A DNA stretch of 64,000 nt from a virus, in IMG/VR virus record IMGVR_UViG_3300047284_000228, positions 32,001 to 96,000 of that record; one strand, given 5' to 3'. The notes beneath the pieces are model-generated. The model ran no database searches. It was not told where the DNA came from and was given only the letters and a program-made list of their open reading frames with translations. Within the stretch, counting starts at the first letter, position 1; every line of letters starts with the position of its first letter. The translations under genes were made by a program, and so were the position numbers. Positions 9,701-18,372 of this stretch are shown here, piece by piece.

Positions 9701-12136
9701 TGCATCTACAGATCCTAATCCGTTGGTTAGGATATCTTTGATTTCTGTAACATTGTTTACAATACTGGTTACTGCTGTAGAGCTTCCAACATTACCCTCG
9801 TTCTGACTGGTCGTATCTTGTGTAGCTGTATTGCCTGTTGTTGGAGTGACTGCGGTATTAGTTACTATTTCATCGGTAATAGATTTTAGATGGGTTAGGA
9901 CCGCTACAGATTTAGCCTTATCATTGTCTTCAACTAACTTTCCTGCAGGACTAATTCTTGAAGAACGTAATTCATCACCGACAACTGCTGTTCCGGAAGG
10001 AACCCTAATTGGTAAAACTTCGTAATATTGACCAGTTTTAACATTAATTGTATAGTTAGGCAGATCTTCCTTAGGCATGCCTGTGATACTGCCTGCTGTG
10101 ACTGCATTAGTAATAATAGCTGCTAGATCTTCGCAGATATCAAGTGAACCTGTTTCGGCTGTGTAGTTCGAATCAATAATTTGCTTGATTCTATCTCCGA
10201 CTGCAACACCTTGTAATGCTTGATAATTTGCTGCAGGAGCGGTATTGCTCAACACGCTGCCAATTAAACTCACACCGTAATTGATAGCTGCAACAAGTTG
10301 TTCTTCTTCGTCGGAAATAAATGTTTCTAATGCACCTGCTTCGTCAAAATACGACAGTGCTGCTGTTCTAGATTTTACATTTCCGGTATGTGTAAGATCG
10401 TAAACTATTGCATCTACGATTAATCCCATATCTCTTTCGCACAGAGCAGCACTGTCATTGACAAATCCAGACCAGATTCCAGAGCCGCCTGCGATCTGAT
10501 ACTCTACCCATTTAGTGATTTCTCGCTGAATAAATGTTCTATTTTGTCTTAATAGATATGCTGCCTGTGGATATTCTGTACCATGTTCTATTTGTTCGCA
10601 GGCATAGCGTACACTAGCCCACGGCTTGTCTACGGTTGATCCGTATGTAGGTGCTGGTTCGTCAATGCCGTGCGGTGCGACATACCAAACATTTTTTACC
10701 TTACCAAAAAATTTCCAAGTTGGTAAACCAGATTCTACTGTAAGAACCTGACCCTCGTCACCGATAGGCAAACGTGTAGGGCCGCTTCCGCTATAATAAA
10801 CTAGATCACCGATGGTAGTTAGTACACTTTCTTCATTACCTGCGGTCAGCAAGTTCCAGTATGTACCTGTGATATCGTTATCCGGTCTATCAGATCCTGT
10901 TGTTGATGTATGAGCCTGAACACAGATATAAGAATTGGCTCCGAACTTGACAGCATCGCCTAACACATAAACATGTGACGAAACCCAGTCGCCTTCCCAA
11001 TCAATACCTTCATTTAATTTGCTCCAATATGAAGCATTTGGAGGTCTTTGATTTGTACTATCAGCTGTGGCCACATATGTGAAGCCGTGATTTCTAACTA
11101 CCTCTCCAACTTTGTAAGTAGTTAATGAGCTCCAATCGCCCTGTAATCTAAATCCTGTGGAAAATAAATCCCAATCAAACGGAGTTGCAGGCGGAGTCGA
11201 TCCCGCAACATGAGTATTTTTAGCAATGTAACTGTTACCACCGTATCGAACGATATCGCCCGGTTGATATGTTGTGCCTGAAAGCCAGTCGCCTTCAAAT
11301 TCTATACCTTCAACAAACTGATTCCAGTATGCATTGTCTGTAACAAAGCTAGATGTAGAAGTATGTGGTGTAATACAAATCCAAGTGCCGCCACCGTATT
11401 TTACTACATCGTTATGTTTATAACGCGAAGTTACTGACCAAGTTCCTTTATAATCGATACCTTGATTAAAATAATCCCATTTAGATTGATCTGCTTCTAA
11501 TCCCAGAGCTTCTGTAGCAGCAGAAGTATGTCCTTGATTACATACGTAGGTGTTTCCGCCATTTTTGACTAAATCGCCTACTTTATATCTAGTAGATATA
11601 GACCAAGATCCTTTCCAATCTACACCTCTACTAAATACATCCCATTTAGATTGGTCGGCTTCTAATCCTAGGGCAACTGTGGCCGCTGATGTATGTGCTG
11701 TGTTGCAGATATAGACCAAACCGCCATACTTGACTAGGTCATTTACCTTATATGTAGTTGCGTTTGCCCAAGATCCTTTCCAGTCAAAACCTTCGGCAAG
11801 TAGATCCCAGTTCGCCTGGTTAGCTTCTAGAGTAGATGAGCTAGTGTGTCCATTATTACAAATATAAACATAACCGCCATATTTTACGATATCGTTTTCT
11901 TTGTATAGTGTGGTTGATGTCCAATTGCCTTTCCAATCTAATCCGTCACTGAACTGATTCCATTTAGAAGGAACATTATCTAGGTCAGTATAAAAATCTG
12001 CGGCAGCGGTATGTCCCACTACACAAAGATATGTTTTACCGCCATAGGCTACGATATCATCTTTGTAATAAGTGGTACCTGTAACCCAATCATTTTTCCA
12101 TACAAATTTTATTCTACCTAATTTAAATTCAGCCAT
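3782..12136 (-). CDS. giant tail fibre / receptor-binding virion protein (CBM5/12-like repeats, beta-helix, Asp-box propellers)
   Basis: 2784 aa. N-terminal tandem W-x-G-x-W...Y-x-x-G-D-x-V-x-Y-G-G-x-x-Y-x-C repeats, then pectin-lyase-like entry motifs (WYVAPHG..PWASVRYA; VKTGQYYEVLPIRVP..VVGDELR). Many YSxDGxxWT Asp-box repeats. C-terminus conserved with 12195..17654. Confidence 0.8.
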   Translation of the reverse strand: MAEFKLGRIKFVWKNDWVTGTTYYKDDIVAYGGKTYLCVVGHTAAADFYTDLDNVPSKWNQFSDGLDWKGNWTSTTLYKENDIVKYGGYVYICNNGHTSSSTLEANQANWDLLAEGFDWKGSWANATTYKVNDLVKYGGLVYICNTAHTSAATVALGLEADQSKWDVFSRGVDWKGSWSISTRYKVGDLVKNGGNTYVCNQGHTSAATEALGLEADQSKWDYFNQGIDYKGTWSVTSRYKHNDVVKYGGGTWICITPHTSTSSFVTDNAYWNQFVEGIEFEGDWLSGTTYQPGDIVRYGGNSYIAKNTHVAGSTPPATPFDWDLFSTGFRLQGDWSSLTTYKVGEVVRNHGFTYVATADSTNQRPPNASYWSKLNEGIDWEGDWVSSHVYVLGDAVKFGANSYICVQAHTSTTGSDRPDNDITGTYWNLLTAGNEESVLTTIGDLVYYSGSGPTRLPIGDEGQVLTVESGLPTWKFFGKVKNVWYVAPHGIDEPAPTYGSTVDKPWASVRYACEQIEHGTEYPQAAYLLRQNRTFIQREITKWVEYQIAGGSGIWSGFVNDSAALCERDMGLIVDAIVYDLTHTGNVKSRTAALSYFDEAGALETFISDEEEQLVAAINYGVSLIGSVLSNTAPAANYQALQGVAVGDRIKQIIDSNYTAETGSLDICEDLAAIITNAVTAGSITGMPKEDLPNYTINVKTGQYYEVLPIRVPSGTAVVGDELRSSRISPAGKLVEDNDKAKSVAVLTHLKSITDEIVTNTAVTPTTGNTATQDTTSQNEGNVGSSTAVTSIVNNVTEIKDILTNGLGSVDAFVIPNPTNWGSSLTDTAYASTGNATGATSTYDNARAQILANTNFIKAEITAWIAVQVAGNIAPFTTSFTYDAAACARDVGYVLDAIRYDLTYGGNTQTRIAADAYYSYGVATFGNGEKEETLAAYARLKTVVGQVITEASVTVSAGNAETQDVSGTAGNTSAKNFAEERVQEIINTITADGTLPTSISPATSWVATALVTARTAVNTARAEIQTDAVQYIKREYPTLDFNTTTCSRDVGYIVDALGYDLMFGSNFASIKAGMAYRRGTSSALEVVSNQLAATQAILDFISAKAKRIAASGASVLSGLLWDDIISYVNTGTRPIITGRVTPTTDLDQINGGKILELNSNFLAAEATAYASETFKATVTSADAGTDTFTCGSQTWMVAGDTVKFSGTTFGGVNTTTTYYILASGLTATTFKVSLTLGGTAVDLSAASGSMTVTWNYDTARCQNDVRNYVKAISSDLMYTGNYYSVYAARFYRSALTGSKLEDMFYVRNGCGIRNHTLLGLDGTSDGNTAGAGDADGLTVVNEFGTKRPLAGAYVSLDPGYGPNDSNVWVTSRSTYVQNVTTFGTGCTGQKIDGSLHNGGVDSIVSNDFTQVLSNGIGAWITNLGRAELVSVFTYYNHIGYLAENGGKIRATNGNNSYGDFGSVSEGIDINEVPITGQLNNRAEEADVRNVITDGDDILIYEFGNAGSDYSSATFTTSGAGAGVATVANEFRDGAVFQVRLTDPGDSSGTGGTGYITATNLAQSGNTTQITLAAADTATSAAYVGMSIYLTSGTGAGQYGYINTYNSGSKIATVYKESTGTAGWDHVVPGTAIEAALDVTTSYTITPRLSFTDVPYTKTISNITAANNWTDVAYGDGYASYTGLSATGGSGSLAAFNVVRRKGSYTVSISTPGVLYTAGNTLTIAGTSLGGTSPANDLTITVDTINSPSGSIASVTPSGTAVTPKYVAVASGTTAAAYSLDGITWTAMTMPTATSSGGGEDNNQWSAIAYGMSSNVSYYVAVARATSTAAYSTDGINWTAANLGEVADWCDIAYGNGSFVAIAESDSSSTYRAVSTNGGSTWSTTTLASGAKAIAYGGTRFVVVEGNFSNSFAYSTSGVAWTVGTLPSNDDSSESNWVDITYGNGRFVAIADSSSMAAYSLDGISWTKSNLPANYEWSSIGYGQGLFYVTSLGDAAASSTDGLVWTLRDASTASLNVTATAKDTISGTYAETSTLTSGTWTSVLYDGTRFLAVGYDGSSGLYATSTNGTSWTNGTLPTVSGSFEYTAVAYNGSNQYVAIIGGSGGTRNIAYSADGATWTGQTLALTANAYWKDMVYGAGRYIAIRGDSSAINYSTNGTSWTNAAVTSGSSEMSAISYGQISGVDYFVTVAGYSTGSQVSSYSTNGGVTWTSGNTLPSSDFWADVTFGDGKFVAVAGGTTNTTTKAAYSTNGTTWTAATLPGAAARWNKVVYGGGGYTAFAYNSDRTAYSADGITWVEGPAQAATRNWAEAAYGGTKLISIATGTTIGSYADFVLNTNYLTTSSTTNLKLNDRVRFTGATIGGIVPEVYYYVTSIASSTQFTISSTKGGSNFVLTTASGTAPFLASRDFIASALGNYQGTPRWVVLGANSPSVQNIRQGTKTRARAYVSDNKISEIWIQEPGSGYVSAPTMTITDPNNTGADATTEVRLGNGAIAQPMFTNRGTSYTAAAAEITGDGYADNYQTSAFVAFKNLSGIPKAGSNVQLAGIDDVWYRLVNVTNLLPNADGTYNATLQISPAIGAAEAPNHEAATTIRRRYSQVRLTGHDLLDIGTGDFINSNYPGLPLSDPIPAQEYKQSNGGRVFYTSTDQDGNFRVGGLFNVEQSTGVATLNADAFNIAGLNELSLGSVALGGSGATISEFSTDPFFTQDSDTVVPTQRAIKAYITSQIGGGGSSLNVNTLTAGVVYIAGQTIATTTNVQININTKVNFKGGIAGDALVLNYFLLNN

Positions 12137-12165
12137 TTATAGCTCCATATACATGCATTAATTCA

Positions 12166-12172
12166 TATTTAT
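12166..12172 (-). promoter_or_regulatory. T4-type late promoter (ATAAATA)
   Basis: ATAAATA on the minus strand ~30 nt upstream of the 2784-aa gene. The motif recurs before most structural genes and a gp55-like sigma is encoded in the window. Confidence 0.65.
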
Positions 12173-12194
12173 TCAAAAAACTATTCGACATCTA

Positions 12195-15100
12195 TTATGC
12201 TCCAGACGATGTAAAATAATTTAATGCTACTAACGAACCATCAATACCGCCTCTAAAATTAACTTTAGCGGTAAAAATCAATTCGTCGCCCGTGGTCGTT
12301 CCTAGAGAATCTGGACCAATCTGTACAGTACCTGCAGTTAATTGTCCTGTAATAGCATCAGCACCACCTCCAGATACCCTAGCTGTTAGATATGCTTTAA
12401 TCGCTCTCTGTGTGGGTACGATGTTATTTGAATCCGCGGTAAATGTGTTATCAGTTGAGAATTCACGGATAACAACACCCGAGCCGCCTACAGTAAATCC
12501 GCCCAATCTAATTTCTTCTAGGCCTTCTAGTGCGAAAAATTGAGCATTTAAAGTGACAGTTCCTGTCGCCTGTTCTACTGCAAATAATTCCCCAACTCTA
12601 AAGTTACCATCTTGGTCGGTACTTGTGTAGAACACACGACCGCCATTGCTTTCCTTGATTTCATTTTCAGGTGCCACTACCGTTCCATTTGGATTTAAAG
12701 TATCCGGATAGTTAGTTTCAACTTGATTTCCTAGACCAATATCCAAGAAATCATGTCCGGTGATTCTAACCTGAGAATATAACTGTCTAATTGTCACATC
12801 TGTGGCATGTTCTGGGCTTTCTTCTCTTCCTAAATCTTTGGCTATTGTAATTCTAGCTGTGAAATTCCCTGTTGTACCGCCCAGAATCGTAGCAGTTAAT
12901 AATTTATAGGTATAATCATTGATTCCCGAAATATTGAGGTTATCACCGGGGCCCGGAATCCTAGTTAAATTGGTTACTACTATATCAGATCCGATATGAT
13001 ATTGATCTTTAAAACCGTCTCCAGATATTGTTATTCTAGTACTTGAAGTTTCATACCCTGCACCTGCATCGGAAATAGTCGGATTGGCTATCACTCCGTT
13101 GCCTATTCTGATCTGCGTAAAGACTTCGCTAGAATTGTTTGGATCTGTAATAGTCATTGCAGGAGCCGAAACGTAACCGCTACCAGGCTCCCATAGATTT
13201 ATGCTTGATATTCTTCCTGAAACAACAACTGCTCTGGCTTCAGCAGTTCTTCCAGTATTGATTTCCATCGCCTGGGTAGAATTAGATGTTAGTCCGCCGA
13301 TGGTTAAAAATTTTCCAGGTTTAGCGGCATTAGAAAATGCTATTCCGCACCACGGACCGCTCGATGCTAGGGTTTGATAGGTCCATACTTTACCGTCTTT
13401 TGACACTGCACATGTAGCTGAACCTGTAGCTACAGCTACAAAAGTTCCTTGTGCATATACAATACTTCTCCAGTCTTCGGATTGTATAACTGATTCTGTC
13501 CAGGTTATACCGTCAAAGCTGATAGAAACTTCTGTAGCACCAGCATATCCTCCAGACAGAGCGACAAATCGTCCATTGCCATAGGCTAACGAGTAACTAC
13601 CCTGTGTTAATGTGCCTAATGTCCAAGTAACACCGTCGGAACTATAAGCAGTGGCAGCGCCGGATATAGAAGAATCACTTAATGCAGTCGCTATATATTT
13701 ACCCTTACCGTATTCAATAGCATTCCAGTCTGCACCTTCTGGTAAAGTTGCGGCGGTCCAAGTAACACCGTCGGTCGAATATGCGGCTTTTGTACCTCCA
13801 GCTGCTACGGCTACATATTTTCCGTTGCCGTAGGTAACATCTCTCCACTCTGCTGTACTACTCATGGTCATAGATGACCATGATACACCATCTGTGGATC
13901 TAGCTGCTTGCCCGCCTGTGGCTAACGCCATCCATAGGCTTCCTACATATTTTACTTTGGTCCATAAAGCCAGCGCCGGTAATGTTCCGCCTGTCCAATT
14001 AATACCGTCTGCTGAATATGCAAAAGCATTGGTATCTAATGCCACAGCTACGAACTTACTAGAATTTCCGCCGATACTAGACCATTGTCGACTAGCAGGC
14101 AACGATCTCGATGTCGAAGTAAATCCAGGACTGCTGAATGTTATTCTTGGTTCGATATAATAATTGGTAGAAGTATCTAGAGATGCTAATATACTAGTCC
14201 CATCTATTAGATGTTCCCAGCCAGCACAATGAAGTGTCATGGTGCCTGTACCGTTGATTAAATTAAACACAGCGCCTGGTCCTGAACTAGCACTTATTGT
14301 GATCTGCGTCGAGTTAGGAATAGTTCTTACATAATAGACTGTGAAATCTTGTATATTACCAAATTTTGTTCCGGAAAATATAATAGGATCGTTAATAGAC
14401 AAGTGACTTGTACTAGAAACTGTTAGTAACATTCCGGAAGATGTAGTAGCGGTCACAGTCACTGCTGGTTTTGACTCTTTACCTATGTAGGCATATTTTC
14501 CGGTCGCATCGTAGTCTGCAATATAACCATATTGTCCGGTTCCGGTTCCTCTGCCAACAACAAGTCTGAGACCACGATATTGTGTAGCTATGTTTTCGTC
14601 TGAACCTGCGAGTTGAATATTAAATGTATCGCCGCCTTGGGCAGCATTGGTAACAAATGTATATCCAGATCCGCCTTCTGCAGAACTATCTCCAGGATTC
14701 GCGATCCTAACTTCGTATACCGAACCATCTCTAAATTCGTCCATGACCAACGCAGCACCTAGGCCAGAACCTACTATAGACATAGTTCCGGTAGTGTAGG
14801 ATGTTCCTGCATTGGAGAAAAATAATTTTTGAATTCCTGTTGTATTATCTACGAGAGCTTGATAGACATCTGCTTCGTAGTATCTGTTTGTTATTTTTGC
14901 TGTTATAGGTGATTCGGAGATATTGTATCCTTCAGATACCGCTCCGAAGTCACCGTAGGAACAGTTTCCGTTAGTTCCACGAATTTTTCCGCCATTAGTG
15001 GCCAAATAACCAATATGGTTATAATATGTAAACACAGAAACACATTCTGTTTTTCCGGTACCGTTAGCCCATACTCCAATACCATCGCTGATAACCTGGG

Positions 15101-17654
15101 TAAAGTCGTTAGAAACCATAGTTTGATTTCCGCCACTATGAATATCACCGTCGATCTTGAATCCGATACATCCCGTACCAAAGTTAGTAACGTTTTGTAC
15201 GTACGGCGATTTAGTACCTACCCATGCAGTTGTATCTGCTGGACCGTATCCTGGATCAAGACTAACGAATGCTCCGGCTGAAGGTCGTTGTGTTCCATAG
15301 ATATTTGCCGAACCAAGTGTGCCTTCTAATCCCATAAGGGTTAGATTTCTTAAACCAGATCCGTCTCTCATTAAAAACATATTGCTTTCTTTGTTTCTTG
15401 AATATGTTGATCCGTTAATAAAGAAAGTCGATGTTTCTATGGTCTTGTAATTACCGGGATAGATTAGATCATATGCGATAGAATTAAGTATTGTAGATAT
15501 ATCCTGCTCTAGTCTAGCGGGCAAAGCAGTCTGTGTTGAATCTAAATAATTAGCTTCTAAATATAGTAATGTTTCGTTTAATATAAATTCGTGATTATTT
15601 TCAATCTGATCATAGGCAGCTAGTTTATCTAGATTCGTTGTAACTGTATTAGTGCCTGTGATAGCAACGTTTAAGAAATTATCTACTCTATTTCTAAAAA
15701 TTTCTAACAGAGTTCCTAGAGTGTTAACTTCGGATATCGTAGCCGATGTGCCGCTGAAGTCTTGTGCTATATCACCGTACAGATCAACATTCGGAAATCC
15801 TAAAATTTCTTGTCCGACTGTTAGTTCTCGAACTACTCTAGATAATAGAGATTCTAATCTATTAGCAGCCGCGAGTATTAATGTGATATACGATTCATCA
15901 AATAAAGTATTGACTGGTTTAACTGTTGTTGATCTGAGTTCGTCACCTACTATGGCAACAAAAGCAGGTATACGAATAGGCAGTACTTCTTCATAATCGC
16001 CTGTTCTTACAAATATAGTAGCATACCCTGTCACTTGTTCACAGGCATAACGTATTGTTTTCCACGGATTTTCGGGAGATGTACCTGCGCTAGGTATATC
16101 TTCACCAAAGTTTGCAACAAAATAAACCTTTTCTGTATTTTGTAATAATTGCCAACTGTTTTCGTTACTGACTGCTGTGAGGACTTTTCCTTGCGAACCA
16201 ACAGGCAATGCTTTATACCCAATAGTGCTACCATCTTCTGTGGCTCCGTAGGTTCTAATATCACCAATATTTTTTAATCTATTGATCCTGTTGCCGTCGG
16301 TAATTTTTGCCCAGTATCTTCCTTCTAGTGTAGAACCCATTTCGCCGTCGTCATCAGGACGATTTCCTGGATCGGAAATGTGTTTATCTTTGCATCGATA
16401 AGAACTAGAAACCCATACGACCGTATCTCCGGCCATATAGGTAACACCTTCGGTCCATACTCCTCTCCAATTAATTCCGGGAATTATAAGATCCCAATAT
16501 GTGGAATTAGTAGTACTACCGTCATCAAAAAAATCTGGATCTTGGGCTATGTTGTCTAAAATACAAGCATAAAGATTACCGCCTCGTCTTACTACATCGC
16601 CCAGTTCGTAATTAGTAAATGAATTCCAGGATCCTTGTATCTTGGAACCTTGAAACAATAATTGCCAAGTTGAAGTCGAAGTGCTGGGAGTTAGATTTGA
16701 ATGTAAGAATGTGTTATAATATAAATTACCGCCGTAAGAAACAACATCTCCTGGCTGATATAATGTCGTAGAATTCCAGACCACATCATATTCTTGTCCG
16801 GGAATATACATGTCAAAGTATATGGTAGATATAACCGATCCAGAAATATGAAAAGTATTGTTCTTATAAAGATAAGATCCATATTTTACAATGTCACCTA
16901 TTTTATAGATAGTTAATGTAGTCCAGTTTCCTTTGTAGTCAATTCCTTCGTTGACCACTGACCACTTGGCCTGATCTGCAGGTAATCCCAGTTCGACTAC
17001 ACTTGTAGAAGTATGGGCTATATCACAGTTGTATACATAGCCGCCGTATTTTACTAGATCATTTGCTTTATATCTAAAATTTGTAGTCCAGTTACCTTTC
17101 CAATCTTCTGCTATTGATACCTCGTTCCAAAATCCTATGTTTGATTCTAGTCCCTGAGAAATATCTCCTGCAGATTCATGGCTGGTATTACATCTATAGA
17201 TCTTTCCGCCGTATCTTACAACATCGCCGATTTTATAATAGGTTTCTGTCTGCCAATTTATTTTCCACTCTTGAGAATTTAATAAAACCGTCCAATTAAC
17301 GGACTGATCTGGAAATCCGGTTTCGTCTTCAGCAGATGTATGATCATTGGTACATACATATATTACACCGCCAAGTTTTACGATATCACCGATTTTATAA
17401 TAAGTTTCTGCGGTCCATTCGCCTAACCAGCTAGTTCCGTCTGCCATTAACTCCCACTTTGGTTCTAAGGCGGGAGGAATATCTGAATTATAAAATTCTA
17501 GATCATAATAAAAATCAGGATTAGCAACGTGTGTTGCTAGACAGTTGTAGACCTTACCTCCGAAGCTGATAACATCGTCTGGGTTATAACGTCCGTAGGC
17601 TGTCCACTCGCCTTTCCATGTATGTTTGAATCTACTTAATTTAAAATCTGCCAT
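12195..17654 (-). CDS. large tail fibre / virion protein, paralog of 3782..12136
   Basis: 1819 aa with the same architecture: MADFKLSRFKHTWK start, CBM-like repeats, beta-helix motifs, one Asp-box propeller block, C-terminal YSQVRITGHDFLDIG...GGRVFYTSTDQDGNFRVG...VPTQRAIKAY. Confidence 0.8.
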   Translation of the reverse strand: MADFKLSRFKHTWKGEWTAYGRYNPDDVISFGGKVYNCLATHVANPDFYYDLEFYNSDIPPALEPKWELMADGTSWLGEWTAETYYKIGDIVKLGGVIYVCTNDHTSAEDETGFPDQSVNWTVLLNSQEWKINWQTETYYKIGDVVRYGGKIYRCNTSHESAGDISQGLESNIGFWNEVSIAEDWKGNWTTNFRYKANDLVKYGGYVYNCDIAHTSTSVVELGLPADQAKWSVVNEGIDYKGNWTTLTIYKIGDIVKYGSYLYKNNTFHISGSVISTIYFDMYIPGQEYDVVWNSTTLYQPGDVVSYGGNLYYNTFLHSNLTPSTSTSTWQLLFQGSKIQGSWNSFTNYELGDVVRRGGNLYACILDNIAQDPDFFDDGSTTNSTYWDLIIPGINWRGVWTEGVTYMAGDTVVWVSSSYRCKDKHISDPGNRPDDDGEMGSTLEGRYWAKITDGNRINRLKNIGDIRTYGATEDGSTIGYKALPVGSQGKVLTAVSNENSWQLLQNTEKVYFVANFGEDIPSAGTSPENPWKTIRYACEQVTGYATIFVRTGDYEEVLPIRIPAFVAIVGDELRSTTVKPVNTLFDESYITLILAAANRLESLLSRVVRELTVGQEILGFPNVDLYGDIAQDFSGTSATISEVNTLGTLLEIFRNRVDNFLNVAITGTNTVTTNLDKLAAYDQIENNHEFILNETLLYLEANYLDSTQTALPARLEQDISTILNSIAYDLIYPGNYKTIETSTFFINGSTYSRNKESNMFLMRDGSGLRNLTLMGLEGTLGSANIYGTQRPSAGAFVSLDPGYGPADTTAWVGTKSPYVQNVTNFGTGCIGFKIDGDIHSGGNQTMVSNDFTQVISDGIGVWANGTGKTECVSVFTYYNHIGYLATNGGKIRGTNGNCSYGDFGAVSEGYNISESPITAKITNRYYEADVYQALVDNTTGIQKLFFSNAGTSYTTGTMSIVGSGLGAALVMDEFRDGSVYEVRIANPGDSSAEGGSGYTFVTNAAQGGDTFNIQLAGSDENIATQYRGLRLVVGRGTGTGQYGYIADYDATGKYAYIGKESKPAVTVTATTSSGMLLTVSSTSHLSINDPIIFSGTKFGNIQDFTVYYVRTIPNSTQITISASSGPGAVFNLINGTGTMTLHCAGWEHLIDGTSILASLDTSTNYYIEPRITFSSPGFTSTSRSLPASRQWSSIGGNSSKFVAVALDTNAFAYSADGINWTGGTLPALALWTKVKYVGSLWMALATGGQAARSTDGVSWSSMTMSSTAEWRDVTYGNGKYVAVAAGGTKAAYSTDGVTWTAATLPEGADWNAIEYGKGKYIATALSDSSISGAATAYSSDGVTWTLGTLTQGSYSLAYGNGRFVALSGGYAGATEVSISFDGITWTESVIQSEDWRSIVYAQGTFVAVATGSATCAVSKDGKVWTYQTLASSGPWCGIAFSNAAKPGKFLTIGGLTSNSTQAMEINTGRTAEARAVVVSGRISSINLWEPGSGYVSAPAMTITDPNNSSEVFTQIRIGNGVIANPTISDAGAGYETSSTRITISGDGFKDQYHIGSDIVVTNLTRIPGPGDNLNISGINDYTYKLLTATILGGTTGNFTARITIAKDLGREESPEHATDVTIRQLYSQVRITGHDFLDIGLGNQVETNYPDTLNPNGTVVAPENEIKESNGGRVFYTSTDQDGNFRVGELFAVEQATGTVTLNAQFFALEGLEEIRLGGFTVGGSGVVIREFSTDNTFTADSNNIVPTQRAIKAYLTARVSGGGADAITGQLTAGTVQIGPDSLGTTTGDELIFTAKVNFRGGIDGSLVALNYFTSSGA

Positions 17655-17657
17655 TTA

Positions 17658-18026
17658 TTAATCCTCTGATGCTCCAGAATCGTAAGTGTATCCGTTGTTT
17701 ATTCTAGCTACTAATTGTCCTTCGTTATCTATATAGTAAAATATAGCTCTGTCGTCCCAACGATATTGTTGATATTTTAAGTTTTCGAATACAGTATTAT
17801 GATTTACATCAATTCCTTCATAGAAATCAACTCCAGTTTCGAGATCATTATAATTACCCGCTTCATCCCCTGGACGATTTAGTTCAATAGCATCGTTGCT
17901 TTTTAATTGATCATTTCTTTGTAAAAATAAACTTCCGTTTTCATTTTTTCTTAGACCATAGAAAAATCTAGGAGTATCTCCTAATCTTGTGTACGGATCA
18001 TTGCCTAGTACATAATTATTATTCAT
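17658..18026 (-). CDS. hypothetical virion-associated protein
   Basis: 122 aa, AGGAG RBS, tightly packed in the fibre operon. Confidence 0.65.
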   Translation of the reverse strand: MNNNYVLGNDPYTRLGDTPRFFYGLRKNENGSLFLQRNDQLKSNDAIELNRPGDEAGNYNDLETGVDFYEGIDVNHNTVFENLKYQQYRWDDRAIFYYIDNEGQLVARINNGYTYDSGASED

Positions 18027-18036
18027 TTGTAACTCC

Positions 18037-18369
18037 TTAGCTTATTTCTACGTAACTTACAACCACATCGATGCTGTCTGCGGTATCGCTGACTATTCTT
18101 AGGCCTGAAGTTTCTGGCAGGATTAATTTTTCGCCGTTGGTGATGATTTTTACCGCAGAATTAGGAGCTACTGTTAATCCTTTGACATAATATGCCTGTT
18201 CGCTATCTTCGCTGATTACATAAACATCTACATTTACTGTATCATAATCAGTGACATTAGCAATGTTACAGCCAATTACTGTTGATCTAAATCCTACAGG
18301 TGTCTGTACTACATCTACCGGTGTTGTTCCTATATTTTTATTAACTGCGTGTTTGAATGTTGTAGGCAT
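18037..18369 (-). CDS. small beta-rich virion/fibre adaptor protein
   Basis: 110 aa. STVIGCNIAN...VKGLTVAPN...EKLIL...LRIVSD pattern, paralogous to 3447..3767 and 21191..21559. Confidence 0.65.
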   Translation of the reverse strand: MPTTFKHAVNKNIGTTPVDVVQTPVGFRSTVIGCNIANVTDYDTVNVDVYVISEDSEQAYYVKGLTVAPNSAVKIITNGEKLILPETSGLRIVSDTADSIDVVVSYVEIS

Positions 18370-18372
18370 TTT

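Noticed and set aside
3782-17654. Diversity-generating retroelement or invertible fibre cassette
   Set aside because: No reverse transcriptase or recombinase in the window. The similarity between paralogs looks like ordinary protein-level homology, not adenine-specific TR/VR pairs or inverted crossover sites.
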